From the NCBI RefSeq assembly GCF_006345805.1, contig NC_042998.1:9486001-9550000 (forward strand): a stretch of DNA of 64,000 bases, given 5' to 3'. A program made the position numbers and the translations under genes. Positions 38,326 to 50,862 of the stretch are shown one piece after another. The notes below the pieces were generated by a model, which saw only the letters and a list, made by a program, of their open reading frames with translations, was not told the origin of the DNA and did not search any database. Numbering within the stretch: position 1 is the first letter of the stretch; the number at the start of each line of letters is the position of its first letter. Source of the stretch: Octopus sinensis. Its lineage: Eukaryota.

Positions 38326-40988
38326 CCCCAGCAGAGGCTAGTCATTAGTGATTTTAAGTTCAAGGCCAGAAGGATACCAAGAAGCAGACCAATCCAAAAA
38401 AGAAGGATTTGGAAGCTAAAGAACCCTTCACATGGCCAGAGATTTAGGGACATCCTCATCAAGAAATTTGATGAGAGGGAGGAGGAGCTACCTTTGGACA
38501 TAGAAGGTAGCTGGAAATTCCTATGGGACAGTTTGCTGAGTGCCACAGACTAAGTCTGCAGATGGTGCAAAGTCACTTCCAGACCTGGAGTGGAATAGTA
38601 TGATTGACAAAGCCATTAGAGCAAAGAAACAGGCGTGGAAGGGTGGGGGTAGCAGGGAGCTGTACCAGGTAGCCAAAAGGGAGGCTGGGCAGCAGGTATA
38701 CATAGCCAAGGGTGAAGCAAAAAAGAAGAAGTTTGCCAATGTCCAGTGATGTGAGGACCAAAGAACTGAGGTATTTCAGATTGTAAGACAGTGTGTGAGA
38801 GAAAATTGTGAACTGCTGAACATGGAGAATGAATGGGAGGAGGAGAGCCCATCAAATGTAGCCCCAGTAGAAAGACCAGCTATCCGAATAGACAGCTCCC
38901 TTGTAGATAAAGCAATTAAGGGTATAAAGCCAGGAAAACCCCCAGCCCATCAGGAATAACTGCTGAGATGCTTAAAACATCTGGTGATGTGGGCTTTGGC
39001 CTAATCACCTGCATTGTAAACCAGGTAGTTCATGATGGAGTCATATCCCATGACTGGCGTAGCAGCACCATAGTCAACTGCTACAAGGGTAAATAAAGGT
39101 GATGCTCTAGATAGAAATAACTACAAGGGTATCAAACTACTGGATCAGGTGATGAAGGTCACAGAGAGGGTCATAACCCATCTCATTAGGATGAGAGTCT
39201 GCTTAGATGAGATGCAGGTCGGTTTTGTGCCGGGTAGAAGCACCACTGATGCCATATTCTTGGTTTGACAACTGCAGAAGAAATACCTAGCAAAAGATTA
39301 AACCCCTGTACTTAGCTTTTGTGGGCTTGGAGAAAGCCTTTGACAGGGTTCCCCAATCCCTTATCTGGCAGGCGATGCGGAAACTGAGGATTGACAAATG
39401 GTTTATAAGGGCTGTACAGGCCCTATACAGAGAGGCCATTAGTAAGGTTAGGATTGGCAATGAGTATAGTGAAGAATTCCAGGTAGAAGTAGGGGTTCAC
39501 CAAGGTTCAGCCCTCAGCCCCCTTTTATTCATCATAGTCCTCAAGGCAATATCAGGAATTCAAGATGGGTTTCCCCTGGGAGCTCCTCTATGCTGATGAC
39601 CTGGCCCTCATAGCAGAATCACTACCAGAACTAGAAAAGAAATTGAGTGTGGAAGCAAGGTTTAGAATCAAAAGGCCTTAGAGTCAATGTAGCAAAAACC
39701 AATGTTCAAGTAAGCAGGAAAGCAAACACATTGCATCCCTGCTTGATCTGTAGAAAAGGTGTGGGTAGAAACTCCATAAGATGTACCCAGTGTAAGCTAT
39801 GGACACATAAGAGGTGCAGCAACATCAAAGGAAGATTAACCGAGAAGACAACTTTCGTGTGTGGCAGATGCACAGAGGCAATAAACACTACAGATGCTCA
39901 GAAAACAGATTCCATCACATGCCAAGGGGAGCAACTAGATGTAGTTGATAGCTTCCACTACCTAGGTGACCAAGTTAGTAGTGGGGGTGGATGCTCAGAG
40001 AGTGTTACCACTAGAATAAGAATAGCCTGGGCAAAGTTCAGAAAGCTTCTACTTCTACTGGCGACAAAGGGCCTCTAGCTCAGAGTGAAAGGTAGATTGT
40101 ATGACGCATGTGTGCGAACTGCCATGCTTCACGGCAGTGAAACATGGGCCATGACTGCGGAGGAAATGCATAGGCTCAAAAGAAATGAAGCTAGCATGAT
40201 CCGCTGGATGTGTAATGTCAGTGTGCACACATGACAGAGTGTAAGCACCCTGAGAGGAATTTTGGACATAAGAAGCATAGGATGTGGCATGCAAGAGAGA
40301 TGTTTGCGCTGGTATGGTCATGTACTATGGATGGATGAGGAGATATATGCGAAGAAGTGCCAATCCCAAACTGTTGAAGGAATCTGGAGTAGAGGTAGAC
40401 CCAGGAAGGCATGGGACGAGGTGGTCAAGCATGACCTTCGAACGTTGGGCCTCAAGGAGGCAATGACAAAAGACCGAGACCTCTGGAGATATGCTGTGAC
40501 TGCGAAAACCTGGCAAATAGAGTTCACAGCTGTATCTTACACCAGTTTCGCATAACCACCTCCAGCCCATTCAAAAGTACCTTGGATTGTAGGGCGACCT
40601 GCTGTCCTTGAGGAGACCTATTGAGTCAAGTACATCAACATCAAAATGAAAATCAAATGGAAATTGCAGTTGTGATACTCATGCCGGTGGCATATAAAAA
40701 GCCCCATCCAGACGTGGCCGATGCCAGCGCCACCTTGATTGGCTTCCATGCCGGTGGCACATAAAAAGTATCAGCCAATCATGACCATTGCTAGCCCCCT
40801 CTGGCCCGTGCCGGTGGCACGTAAAAAGCACCCAATACACTCTGTAAAGTGGTTGGCGTTAGGAAGGACATCCAGCTGTAGAAACACTGCCAGATCAGGC
40901 TGGAGCCTGGTGTAGCCTCCTGGCTTCCCAGACCCTGGTCAAACCATCCAACCCATGGAAAACAGACGTTAAAGGATGATGATGATGA
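38326..40988 (+). mobile_element. Decayed RTE-clade LINE (end of APE, RT with PHD-like insert, (GAT)n tail)
   Basis: LEKAFDRVP, GVHQGSALSPLLF, YADD, YLG, WYGHV motifs. Many stops and frameshifts. Confidence 0.9.
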
Positions 40989-40990
40989 GT

Positions 40991-42702
40991 AATGCTCTAA
41001 ACAAAAATAATTATAGAGGCATCAAATTGATGGACCAGATGATGTAAAGTGCAGAAAAGGTCATAGCTCAATTAATTAGGAAGAGAATTAGTATAGATGG
41101 GATGCAGTTTGGATTTGTGCCAGAGAGAAGCACCACTGGTGCTATCTTCCTGGTGAGGCAACTGCAGAAGGAATACTTGGCCAAAAATAAACCTCTGTAC
41201 CTGGCTTTTGTTGGAGAAAGCTTTTCTCTTATCTGGTGGGCAATCTGGAAGCTAGGGATAGATGAGTGGTTAGTGAGAGCTGTACAAGCCATGTACAGGG
41301 ATGTTGTTAGTAAGGTGAGAATTGCTAATGAGTATAGCAAGGAGTTTAGTGCACAAATAAGAGTCCACCATGGTTCAGTTCTTAGTCCCCTCTTATTTAT
41401 CATATAACTGAGGAATTTTGACTTGCTGCCCTTGGGAGCTCCTCTATGCCAATGACTTTGTTCTTACTGCTGCATCACTACCAGAACTAGGGAAGGAATT
41501 TCAGGCATAGAACCACAACTGGAATCAAAATGCCTTAGAGTTAATTCAGCAAAGACCAAAGTATTGGTAAGTAGAAAAACAGCCAAGTCACAGACCTCTT
41601 CAGGGAAATGGTTCTGCTCGATATGTAGAAAAAGTGTCAGGAGAAACTCCATAAAGTGTATCCAGTGCAAGCTACGGGCACATAAGAGGTGCAGCAGTAT
41701 CGCTGGAAGACTAACAGAAAAAGTAGTCTTTACATATGGCAGATGTGCAGCTACATTGAACACCAGGAATGTACAAAAATAGACTCCCTTAAATATCAGA
41801 GGGATCCTTAGAAGTAGTAGGCACTTTCTGTTACTTAGGTGAACAAGTTAGTAGTGGGGGAGGTTGATCTGAAAGCATAGCTACTACAATAAGAATAGGC
41901 TGGACAAAGTTCAGAGAGCTACTACCTCTGTTAGTAATGAAGGATCTCTCCCACCTTCAGAGTGAAAGGCAGATTGTACGATGCCTGTGTACGAACAGCT
42001 CTGCTACATGACAGTGAGACATGGACTGTGACTACTTAGAATATGCAAAGGCTTGAAAGAAATGAAGGCGGTATGCACCACTTGATGCATATACGACAGT
42101 GTTAGTGATTTGAGAGAAAAGAACTGGGTACATAAGGCATCAAGTGGAGCGTGCAAGACAGAAGGCTGTGCTGATACTGCCATGTAATGCATATGAATGA
42201 AGACAGTTGAATCAAGAGGTGCCAGTCTCTAATTGTAGAGGGAACATGTGGAAGGGGCAGATCCAGGAAGACGTGGGAGAAAGTGGTGAGAAAGGATCAA
42301 CAAACTTTGGGACTCACAGAGGGGACGACGGGACTGAGACTCCAGGCAGTTTGCTGTGCTTGAGAAGCCACGTCGAGCTAAGTAAAAGCTTGGTTGTCCT
42401 TGCATATAGGTTTGTCCCCTGCGTCCCTCTCCAGCTGAGCAGCCCTAATCTTGTAGGCTCGTAGGTGCTGGTGCCACGTAAAAAGCATCAGTACCAGTGC
42501 CACATGTTGGTGCAGCGTAAAAACACCCAGTACACTCTGTAAAGTGGTTGGCTTTAGGAAGGGCATCCAACCGTAGAAACCATGCCAAGACAGACAAAGA
42601 GCCTGGGCAGTGCTCCAGCTGGCCAGCTCCCATCAAACCCATCCCAGCATGGAAAACAGACATTAATTGATGATGATCATGCAGCTGATGATGATGATGA
42701 TG
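40991..42702 (+). mobile_element. Second, more decayed RTE copy in tandem
   Basis: QFGFVPERSTTGAIF, VHHGSVLSPLLF, the same Cys/His insert and a (GAT)n tail. Confidence 0.85.
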
Positions 42703-42840
42703 GGGGGAGGAGGAGGAGAAAGAGTGGGGAGGATATACATACATTTGTGTGTTAAATTCTTTAACACATCTAGCTGTATTATAAAAATAATTACATATTT
42801 TGAAACACTATTTCAACAAAAACATATCAATATTATTCTT

Positions 42841-43437
42841 AAATCAAATCAAAATCGATGAACATCAATGGAATTTGGCACGTAACAAACACCATCCGAT
42901 CGTGGCCATGCTAGCCTTGCCTGGCCTCCGTGCCGGTGGCACATAAAAAACACCATCCGAGCGTGGCCGTTCGCCAGCCTCGTCTGGCACCTGTGTCGGT
43001 GGCACATAAAAAAAACACCATCCGAGCGTGGCCGTTCGCCAGCCTCGTCTGGCACCTGTGAAGGTGGCACGTAAAAAAAACACCATCCGAGCGTGGCCGT
43101 TCGCCAGCCTCGTCTGGCACCTGTGAAGGTGGCACATAAAAAAAACACCATCCGAGCGTGGCCGTTCGCCAGCCTCGTCTGGCACCTGTGTCGGTGGCAC
43201 ATAAAAAAAACACCATCCGAGCGTGGCCGTTCGCCAGCCTCGTCTGGCACCTGTGAAGGTGGCACGTAAAAAGCACCCACTACAGTCTCGGAGTGGTTGG
43301 CGTTAGGAAGGGCATCCAGCTGTAGAAACACTGCCAGATCAGACTGGAGCCTGGTGCAGCCTTCTGGCTTCCCAGACCCCAGTTGAACCGTCCAACCCAT
43401 GCTAGCAAGGAAAACGGACGTTAAACGATGATGATGA
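42841..43437 (+). mobile_element. RTE 3'-end element with internal ~63-bp tandem array and 40-bp target-site duplication
   Basis: Identical direct repeats at 42801-42840 and 43438-43477, and a (GAT)n tail. Confidence 0.88.
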
Positions 43438-43624
43438 TGAAACACTATTTCAACAAAAACATATCAATATTATTCTTCTATGTATATATACCTAATTGTA
43501 TACCTTATATACTTCTATATGCCCCCATCTACATTACTAAATAATAGCGCTCCTATTCTTTTTTACACCCTATTCTCTATTTACTTCTGTCTTTGAACTT
43601 CTAATTTTTAATTTCATATTCATA

Positions 43625-43921
43625 CTAGCATTATTGCCCAGCGTTGCTCGGGTTTGTAAGGGAAATAACTATATAAGCATTTTTAGAGTTACTTCCCTTA
43701 TATATTAGCAAAAAAATGCATTAAAAATGGGAAAAAATGATGGTAAATTTTTTTTTAAATCGTAGACTCATCGTAGACGCGCGCTAATACCCAGAAGGGC
43801 TCGATATGAATCACGACTATAAGATACCCGCTTTTGGTTAAACTGCACCGCAAAATGTGGGAGTAGTTAGGAATCTAAATCGTATGAGACAGACACACAA
43901 CTTCACTTTTATATATAAAGA
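43625..43921 (-). mobile_element. Non-autonomous Helitron-like element
   Basis: TC...CCCGAGCAACGCTGGG hairpin...CTAG; no TSD. Confidence 0.78.
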
Positions 43922-44206
43922 TATCTTTTTGTTGATATCAATCCCAATATTTCGTACATGCTGTTGTTTTTTCTCTATCTCTAGATTGTTAAAACGGTGT
44001 CATAATGTGATTATGACATCACAATATCAGTAACGTTTATTTAGAAAATGTTATGAATTGGGCTTTGATGTCAAAAAATTTTCAGTCTTTTTCCAACTTC
44101 CGTCATGACTTAAGACTTTGGGATATGTGAGTGAGCCGCAGGGTTCACTCAAATATCTAAAGATTCGTTTTACGTGAACATCACCTGTTAGGAAGGGTGG
44201 CTTTTT

Positions 44207-44485
44207 TCTCATAAATAAGTGACAAACTGAGTAGACACCGCAGGAAATTGTTGTTGACAAACAACAGTAGAAATTGTATTCACCTCAATAGATGTCATTG
44301 ATTGGTTGAAATTGCCGAAATGCAAGAAATTTAACAACAAATATCTTACAAACCGTAGAATTTTCTCAAGAATGCCAAGAGAAAAAGATGTTTTATGTAA
44401 CACATTCTACCAGTTTACGAAGTTTAAAAGTGTTTAGTTACAAAGAAATTATTGTAAAAATCTGCCGGTCAAAATGAAAAGATCC
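44207..44485. mobile_element. One-ended GGATCTTT MITE upstream of H2B copy 2
   Basis: Right TIR ...CCGGTCAAAATGAAAAGATCC. Confidence 0.75.
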
Positions 44486-44906
44486 GAAAGGTTAAATTAC
44501 CAGACAGCTGAAATGAGGCTGGGGGTATGGAAGTATTATTAACAAGAAACCAAGTAAAAGAACTTGAAAAAGAACTTAACAACGTTTATATGTTAGTAAG
44601 GAAGAATATAAACTCAGACAAGAGATATGAACTTGAGAAGAGGTATGGGGGGAAAACTAGAGGACCACGTAATTTTCGAAATACTGTAAGAGGAGGACAT
44701 AGGATAAGAGTACAGGTAAGTGATGTTATCCGATGGGGCGGGTAACATCACTTTCATCTTTCATTTTCACCCTCTCATTTTTATCATACATTTTTTTTTT
44801 TTGGCATTTTATGTCCCCAATGTTTTGTTTGTTTTTATTTATCTTTGTCAGCCCGTCCTGGGTAATAAAGAAATTGCATTCGTAGAGCTTACAGTGATCG
44901 TGGACG

Positions 44907-45260
44907 ATGTCAGACAGCGAAGATATCAAGAAACCCGTGAAGCCAAATTTAGCCGGATCGAAAAGCAAGAAAGTAAAGAGGAAAGAAAGCTATTCCAACT
45001 ACATCTATAAGGTTATGAAACAGGTCCATCCTGATACTGGAATCTCCAACAAAGCGATGATCATCATGAATAGCTTCGTTAACGATTTGTTCGAAAGAAT
45101 CGCTGCCGAAGCCAGTCGTTTGGCTCAGTACAACAGACGTTCGACCATCAGTAGTCGAGAGATTCAAACTGCCGTTCGGCTTTTGATTCCTGGCCAATTG
45201 GCCAAACACGCAATGTCAGAGGGTACGAAGGCAATCACTAAATACACTAGCAGCGAATAA
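44907..45260 (+). CDS. H2B: Divergent histone H2B variant, copy 2 (117 aa)
   Basis: Intact ORF nearly identical to copy 1 (6-bp indel in the basic tail, ISS to ISN). Confidence 0.95.
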   Translation: MSDSEDIKKPVKPNLAGSKSKKVKRKESYSNYIYKVMKQVHPDTGISNKAMIIMNSFVNDLFERIAAEASRLAQYNRRSTISSREIQTAVRLLIPGQLAKHAMSEGTKAITKYTSSE

Positions 45261-45289
45261 ACACTTGCTGTAGTAATTTCTCTATCGAC

Positions 45290-45305
45290 GGCCCTTTTCA
45301 GGGCC
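45290..45305 (+). promoter_or_regulatory. Histone 3' stem-loop (copy 2)
   Basis: GGCCCTTTTCAGGGCC. Confidence 0.95.
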
Positions 45306-45943
45306 AAATATGTTTTCATGAAAGTTTATCTTTATGAGTAACAATGGTATGTAACCATAGAATATTTATTCACCTGGATAAAGAGAATCTCTTACCATAC
45401 ATAGAGACATGACAGAGTAGGGTATGACAGGTCCTATTTCATTCACAAATTTTGTTCATATCCTTGTTCACAACATTATTCTTATATTCCACGCAATCGA
45501 GGTAGACTCTGCTTTAATCTTTTTAATACTATGAAATTAACGTACTGGTCATGTACTGTAGTCGATTGTATCCTCCCATAAAATATATCAGAAATTATCT
45601 AATATATTGAACGTCGAGAAAGACTGGTGTGATGGCACCTGAATGAAGCAACTATTCAGAATGTTTTACGTTGCTTCCAAGGAGTATTTTAAAGCTAGTT
45701 GTGCTGAACTGCGTAAGTTATCAAAACATGGATGTTTGGATTTAAGATTAACTACCGTAATAAAGGAATTATTTTCGAAAATATTTTTTATTTGAAGAGA
45801 AGAATAATTTTCAAGATAAGACTGCTTTCGGGCCGAGACAAGTGTAGAAGAGGGGGTAGTCCTTTCAAAATTCTGACATTCGCAGGCCTTCCGTTGTCTA
45901 TGGGAGATTCGGGTCGACATACCAGTTGAATCCTAGACCATTG

Positions 45944-45981
<38 letters not shown>

Positions 45982-46670
45982 AAGTATTATATATACAAAC
46001 ACATGTATGTATACGATACGTACATACGAGAATGTGAATTGAATTTAGTTGTCATGATGTCATAATATCGGTCAAGTTAATTTGGAAAATGTTATAAATT
46101 GGGCTTTGAATTTAAAAAAAGTTCAGTCTTTTCTTACCGTGGGCTGGCGAGTTCACTCAAATATCTAGACTCGTGTTGTGTCAGCATCACCTAGGTTTTT
46201 GGTGCTTATGAAGTCGGCTTTTTCAGCTTCCACTTCTTAAACACCCTCTGTCGATGCTGGTCTGTACCAAAACGTAAATTCAAATTGAACGGTTTTGTTA
46301 CACCACCGTATGCGTTTTAATAAAGCTTACCCGCTTCTACTTGATGTCTGTGTAGTTTCAACCAAAAATAGTCGATATATTCCTATAGAATATTTAATTG
46401 AACACACACTTGTGTACCAGAAAAGCTAGAGTGACATTATACATTCTGTAGAACGTTTTGTCGTCGTAATGTCGTAATCACGCCAAAATGTCAATTTCCA
46501 AATCCTGTTTTCTGATTGGATAAAAATTACCAAACTTTAAACTTCTGAAGCATTTTCCAAACTTTTTCGGGGGCAAGTGAATAGCGTGAAAAATTACATC
46601 AATATTCCAAATTTTAAAATTTCAAGAAGTGAAGCCAAATAGAAAAGATCCCTCCTTTACTTTGTAATGT

Positions 46671-46758
46671 GGATCTTTTCACTTTGACCGGCAGATTTTA
46701 AAAATAATTTTTTGTAACTAAACACTTTTTCCAATGTGGATCTTTTCTGAAAAGATCC
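46671..46758. mobile_element. Internally deleted GGATCTTT MITE with 8-bp TSD TGTAATGT
   Basis: TSD at 46663-70 and 46759-66. It contains fused ends GGATCTTTTC-T-GAAAAGATCC. Confidence 0.75.
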
Positions 46759-46984
46759 TGTAATGTTTCTATGTATGATTGGAGATCTGCTTTCGGAATA
46801 CCTTCGTCTACACCGTCACTAACCTTCAGTTATTTTCTAAAAACGAAAGGTGCCATCATTTGGCCATTCGTACATGTATGCTGACCAATAACCAGTAGAC
46901 GGGACTTGCAGCTATCGACGTGGGATTCCTCAATGTGGTTGCTCAACATGCTAGAAATAACAGCCAAATTACATATACTACTAA

Positions 46985-47369
46985 TCTTTATATATAAAAG
47001 TGAAGTTGTGTGTCTGTCTCATACGATTTAGATTCCTAACTACTCCCACATTTTGCGGGGCAGTTTAACCAAAAGCGGGTATCTTATAATCGTGATTCAT
47101 ATCGAGCCCTTCTGGGTATTAGCGCGCGTCTACGATGAGTCTACGATTTAAAAAAAAATTTACCATAATTTTTTTCCATTTTAATGCATTTTTGGCTATT
47201 ATATAAGGGAAGTAACTCTCTAAAAATGTCTACGATGAGTCAACGATTTAAAAAAAAATTACCATCATTTTTTTCCATTTTTAATGCATTTTTTTTGCTA
47301 TTTCTCTCTAAAAATGCTTATATGGTTATTTCCCTTACTAACCCGAGCAACGCCGGGCGATACTGCTAG
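46985..47369 (+). mobile_element. Non-autonomous Helitron-like element with internal duplication
   Basis: A|TC start, CCCGAGCAACGCCGGG hairpin, CTAG|T end. Confidence 0.8.
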
Positions 47370-47586
47370 TACATTATAAAACAATGGATACATTGAGCAA
47401 TATAATTTTTTTTTAAATACAAACCTACGCGTCTAGAATTTTAAAAAATGTTGCTGCGAAAATCAGAGGATAAATTACTGAATCTGAAAAATAGTCATAT
47501 AAAAATTGTAAAACAATTTCAGATGAATACAATAGTCACATATCATTGCTACTCGTTAAAAGATAAACTTTCGTCAAAATATATTT

Positions 47587-47690
47587 GGCCCTGAAAAGGG
47601 CCGTACATTCAAGAAAGTATAGTACCAAGTATTTATTTGGTAACTACTTTCGTACCCTCAGATAGTGCGTGTTTGTCTTTAAGTGTACCA
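47587..47690 (-). pseudogene. H2B: H2B 3' remnant (KHALSEGTKVVTK*) with intact stem-loop at 47587-47602
   Basis: Minus-strand translation matches the H2B C-terminal helix. The downstream flank resembles that of the pseudogene at 50 kb. Confidence 0.75.
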
Positions 47691-47826
47691 AATACGACAT
47701 TGAGTTTATGAATTGAAGGTGCCTATTCTGCAACCGACAAATATCGCGTGTGTAACAGTGCTTAAATAATGATACCTATAATTTCATAACTAAAAAATCG
47801 TTACTTAGTAAAACTATTAGACTTTG

Positions 47827-48224
47827 GGATCTTTTCGGTTTGAACGGCAGTTTTTCTAGCGGTGTCATATGAAATTGTCACCCATAATTATGACCCTAGT
47901 ATCGATCTATTGTATTTCAATCTCTTTTAGCGTTAGGGGTGGGAGAAAGGTATCTTTTTTTCTTCAGAAATGTAAATAAACCCAATCTGTTTCTTAAACG
48001 AGGGACATATTCATACGGCACAGAATGTTTTCACCTCAATAGGCGTCATTGATTGGTTGAAATTGCCAGAAAAACAACAAATATCTTACAAACTATAGAA
48101 TTTTTTCAATAAAGCCAAAAGAAAAAGATGTTTTATAAACACATTCTACCAGTATACGAAGTTTAAAAGTGTTTAGTTACGTGGAAATTATTTTTAAAAA
48201 CTGCCGGTCAAACCGAATAGTACC
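47827..48224. mobile_element. GGATCTTT-TIR MITE with perfect 8-bp TSD AGACTTTG
   Basis: TSD at 47819-26 and 48225-32; imperfect TIRs. Confidence 0.85.
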
Positions 48225-48343
48225 AGACTTTGTATTCTAAACATTTTCTTTGTCCAGAAATTGTAGCCATAACCAAGTCTACAGTAATATCCTTATGTTT
48301 AGCGCAATCATCGTAGACTGTACTTTTAAACTTTGAAAGAAAA

Positions 48344-49580
48344 TTGACTTCACACATCAGCAAAGTCATGGAACGGATAGTCAGAGGGAAACTAATTGCA
48401 TTCCTTGAAGAAAATAACTTGCTGAATGATACCCAGCGTGGCTTTCGACCAGGTAGGAGCTGCCTGATCCAGATCTTACATTATGACTGGGTGTTGAGGC
48501 GGTTACTCAACAACTCAAATGTGGACGTAATATACCTTGATTTTGCAAAAGCTTTTGACAAGGTAGATCATGGTATGATATTCCACAAACTGCGTGATCT
48601 TGACATAGCTGAAAAACTTGCAGAGTGGTTACATGACTTTCTGAAAGACAGGATTCAGACAGTAGTGTCTAATGGAGCCACCTCTATGAACACACAAATA
48701 GTGAGCGGTGTTCCACAGGGCACTGTCTTGGGACCACTGCTTTTTATAGGGGCTCTATCTGATATGCCCTCAAGTGCACGGATAGCCACCCTTGCAAGCT
48801 ACGCAGATGATACAAAAGTCTCGCAGAAAATCCAGAACCCCAGCGATGTTGCACATCTGCAGCAAGCAGTGTCCAAAACTGAATATGAAACTTACAGGGT
48901 ACACTGGTCCACAGGGAATTTCAATCCCAGAACCTAAATCAGTGAGGGACCTGGGTATAGATATAAGTGATGATACCTCTTTCCAAGTGCACATTACCAG
49001 GATGGCGACAAAGTGCAGACGACTGGCTGGATGGATCCTGAGAACATTCAGAACCAGAAATAAGGAAACCATGATGGTCCTCTGGCGGACATTCGCCCTC
49101 AGCCACCTGGATTACTGCTCACAGCTATGGTCACCCACCAGTGTGAAATTAACAGCGGACCTTGAAGCAATCCAGAGAAGATTCACAAAGAAAATCGTCT
49201 CTTTGCAACTGCTCAGCTACTGGGAAAGGCTGAAACAGCTAGGACTCTACTCCCCGGAGAGAAGGCGGGAGAGGCATGCAGTAATATACATCTGGAAGAT
49301 CCTGGAATGAATTTTCCAGATGTATATTACTGCATGCCTCTCCCGCCTTCTCTCCAGGGAGTAGAGTCCTAGCTGTTTCAGCCTTTCCCAGTAGCTGGAA
49401 GGAACTGTGCCAAATTTTGGCATTGAAAGCTACACCAATGCCAGAACGGGACAACACTGCATAGTGCCAAAGATCCCAGCAACGCCATCGCGCTTCAGGA
49501 CCAGTTACTGCAACAACCTGGGTTTCAGGGGCCCACAGATTTTTAATATTTTCCCAAAGAGCCTGAGGAACCTAGAATCC
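48344..49580 (+). mobile_element. CR1/L2-type LINE RT fragment
   Basis: QRGFRPGRSC, YLDFAKAFDKVDH, SGVPQGTVLGPLLF, YADDTK, LDYCSQLWSP. Disrupted. Confidence 0.9.
49214..49397. repeat. 84-bp fold-back duplication inside the CR1-type LINE
   Basis: 49214-49297 versus 49314-49397, with 1 mismatch. Confidence 0.92.
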
Positions 49581-50155
49581 TATTTCTTGTCAAAATAATT
49601 TTAAAAATTCCCCATTGTGTTATTATGACATCACAATATAGGTAACGTCAAGAAAATGCTATTATTTAGCTTTGATTTCAAGGATTTTTCAATCTCTTCC
49701 CACTGTCTTCGGTGTTTAGAGTCTTGCATAGAGTTAGGCTGTGGAGCTCAACTATATCATGTTTCCAATCAAAGTAGTCCTTTCATTTGCTCATATGCAG
49801 ATGAATAGTGAATAAATTACAAACGACACTTGGAACTATTGACCTGGGAAGGTTGTGGTTGTTCAACATGCTAGAAACAACAGCCAAATTACATTCGAAC
49901 TACGCACGTCCCCAATGTCTTTAAAAATGGAGATATTGGACAATATAATCCAAAATATACAAAATAGACGGGTAGAATTTTTTAAATGAGGATATAAGAA
50001 AATAAATTGCTGAATCTGAAATATGAACAACCATTGAAGAATTCTGAGAGGTTATCAGATAAATATCATCGTTACTCGTTAAAAGATAAATTTTCATGAA
50101 AATATATTTTGGTCCTGAAAAAGGCTGTCGGTCAAGAAAATACAACAGCAAGTGT

Positions 50156-50862
50156 TTATTCGCTGCGTGTATATCTGGTAACTGTCTTCGTACCCTCAGA
50201 TATTGCATGTTTGGCGAATTGACCAGGAAGCAAAGTGGGATAGCACTTTGAATCTCTCGACTACTGATGGTCGAACGTCTGTTGTACTGAGCCAAACGAC
50301 TGGCTTCGACAATGATTCTCTCGAACAAATCGCAACGAAGCTGTTCAAGATGGTTGTTGCTTTTGGATATTCCAGTATCAGGATGGACCTGTTTCATAAC
50401 CTTATAGATATAGTTGGAATAGCTTTTCTTCCTCTTTCTCTTTCTTGCCTTTCAATCTAAATTTGGCTTGACATATTTCTTAATAGCTTCGCGGATCTTT
50501 ACCTTTTGACCGGCAGATTTAGAAAATAATTTTTTGTAACTAAGCACTTTCAAATTTCGCATACTGGTAGAATGTGTCATAAAAAACATCTTTTACTCTT
50601 AGCATTTTTGAGAAAAGTTGTTGACAAACAACAGCAGTAATTTTATTCAGCTGAATACACGTCATTGATCGGTTGAAATTACCGAAATACGACAACTTTA
50701 ACACGAAATAACTTTGTAACCAAACTTTCTCAAAAACGCTAAGAGTAAAAGATGTTTTATATGACACATTCTACCAGTGTACGAAGTTTGAAAGCGTTTA
50801 GTTACAAAAACTTATTTTCTAAATCTGCCGGTCAAAAGGTAAAGATCCCTTTGCTCTGACAT
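50156..50862 (-). pseudogene. H2B: H2B pseudogene with frameshifts, a degenerate stem-loop (50111-50126) and a MITE inserted at 50493-50848 just after the start codon
   Basis: Alignable to the intact copies along its length. ATG at 50860-62; small deletions in ISSKAM and FVNDL; TATA at 50922-27 and CCAAT at 50993-97 upstream. Confidence 0.9.
50493..50848. mobile_element. GGATCTTT-TIR MITE inside the H2B pseudogene
   Basis: About 50-bp TIRs; flanking CTTCGC/CTTTGC duplication. Confidence 0.88.

Noticed and set aside
42886-43270. CRISPR-like or repeat-protein interpretation of the 63-bp array and its ORFs
   Set aside because: The units are contiguous with no unique spacers, the DNA is eukaryotic, and the array lies in an RTE 3' UTR.
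44527-44745. 72-aa ORF upstream of H2B copy 2
   Set aside because: I recognise no family, it is short and it has no supporting signals. It is unresolved without a database search.
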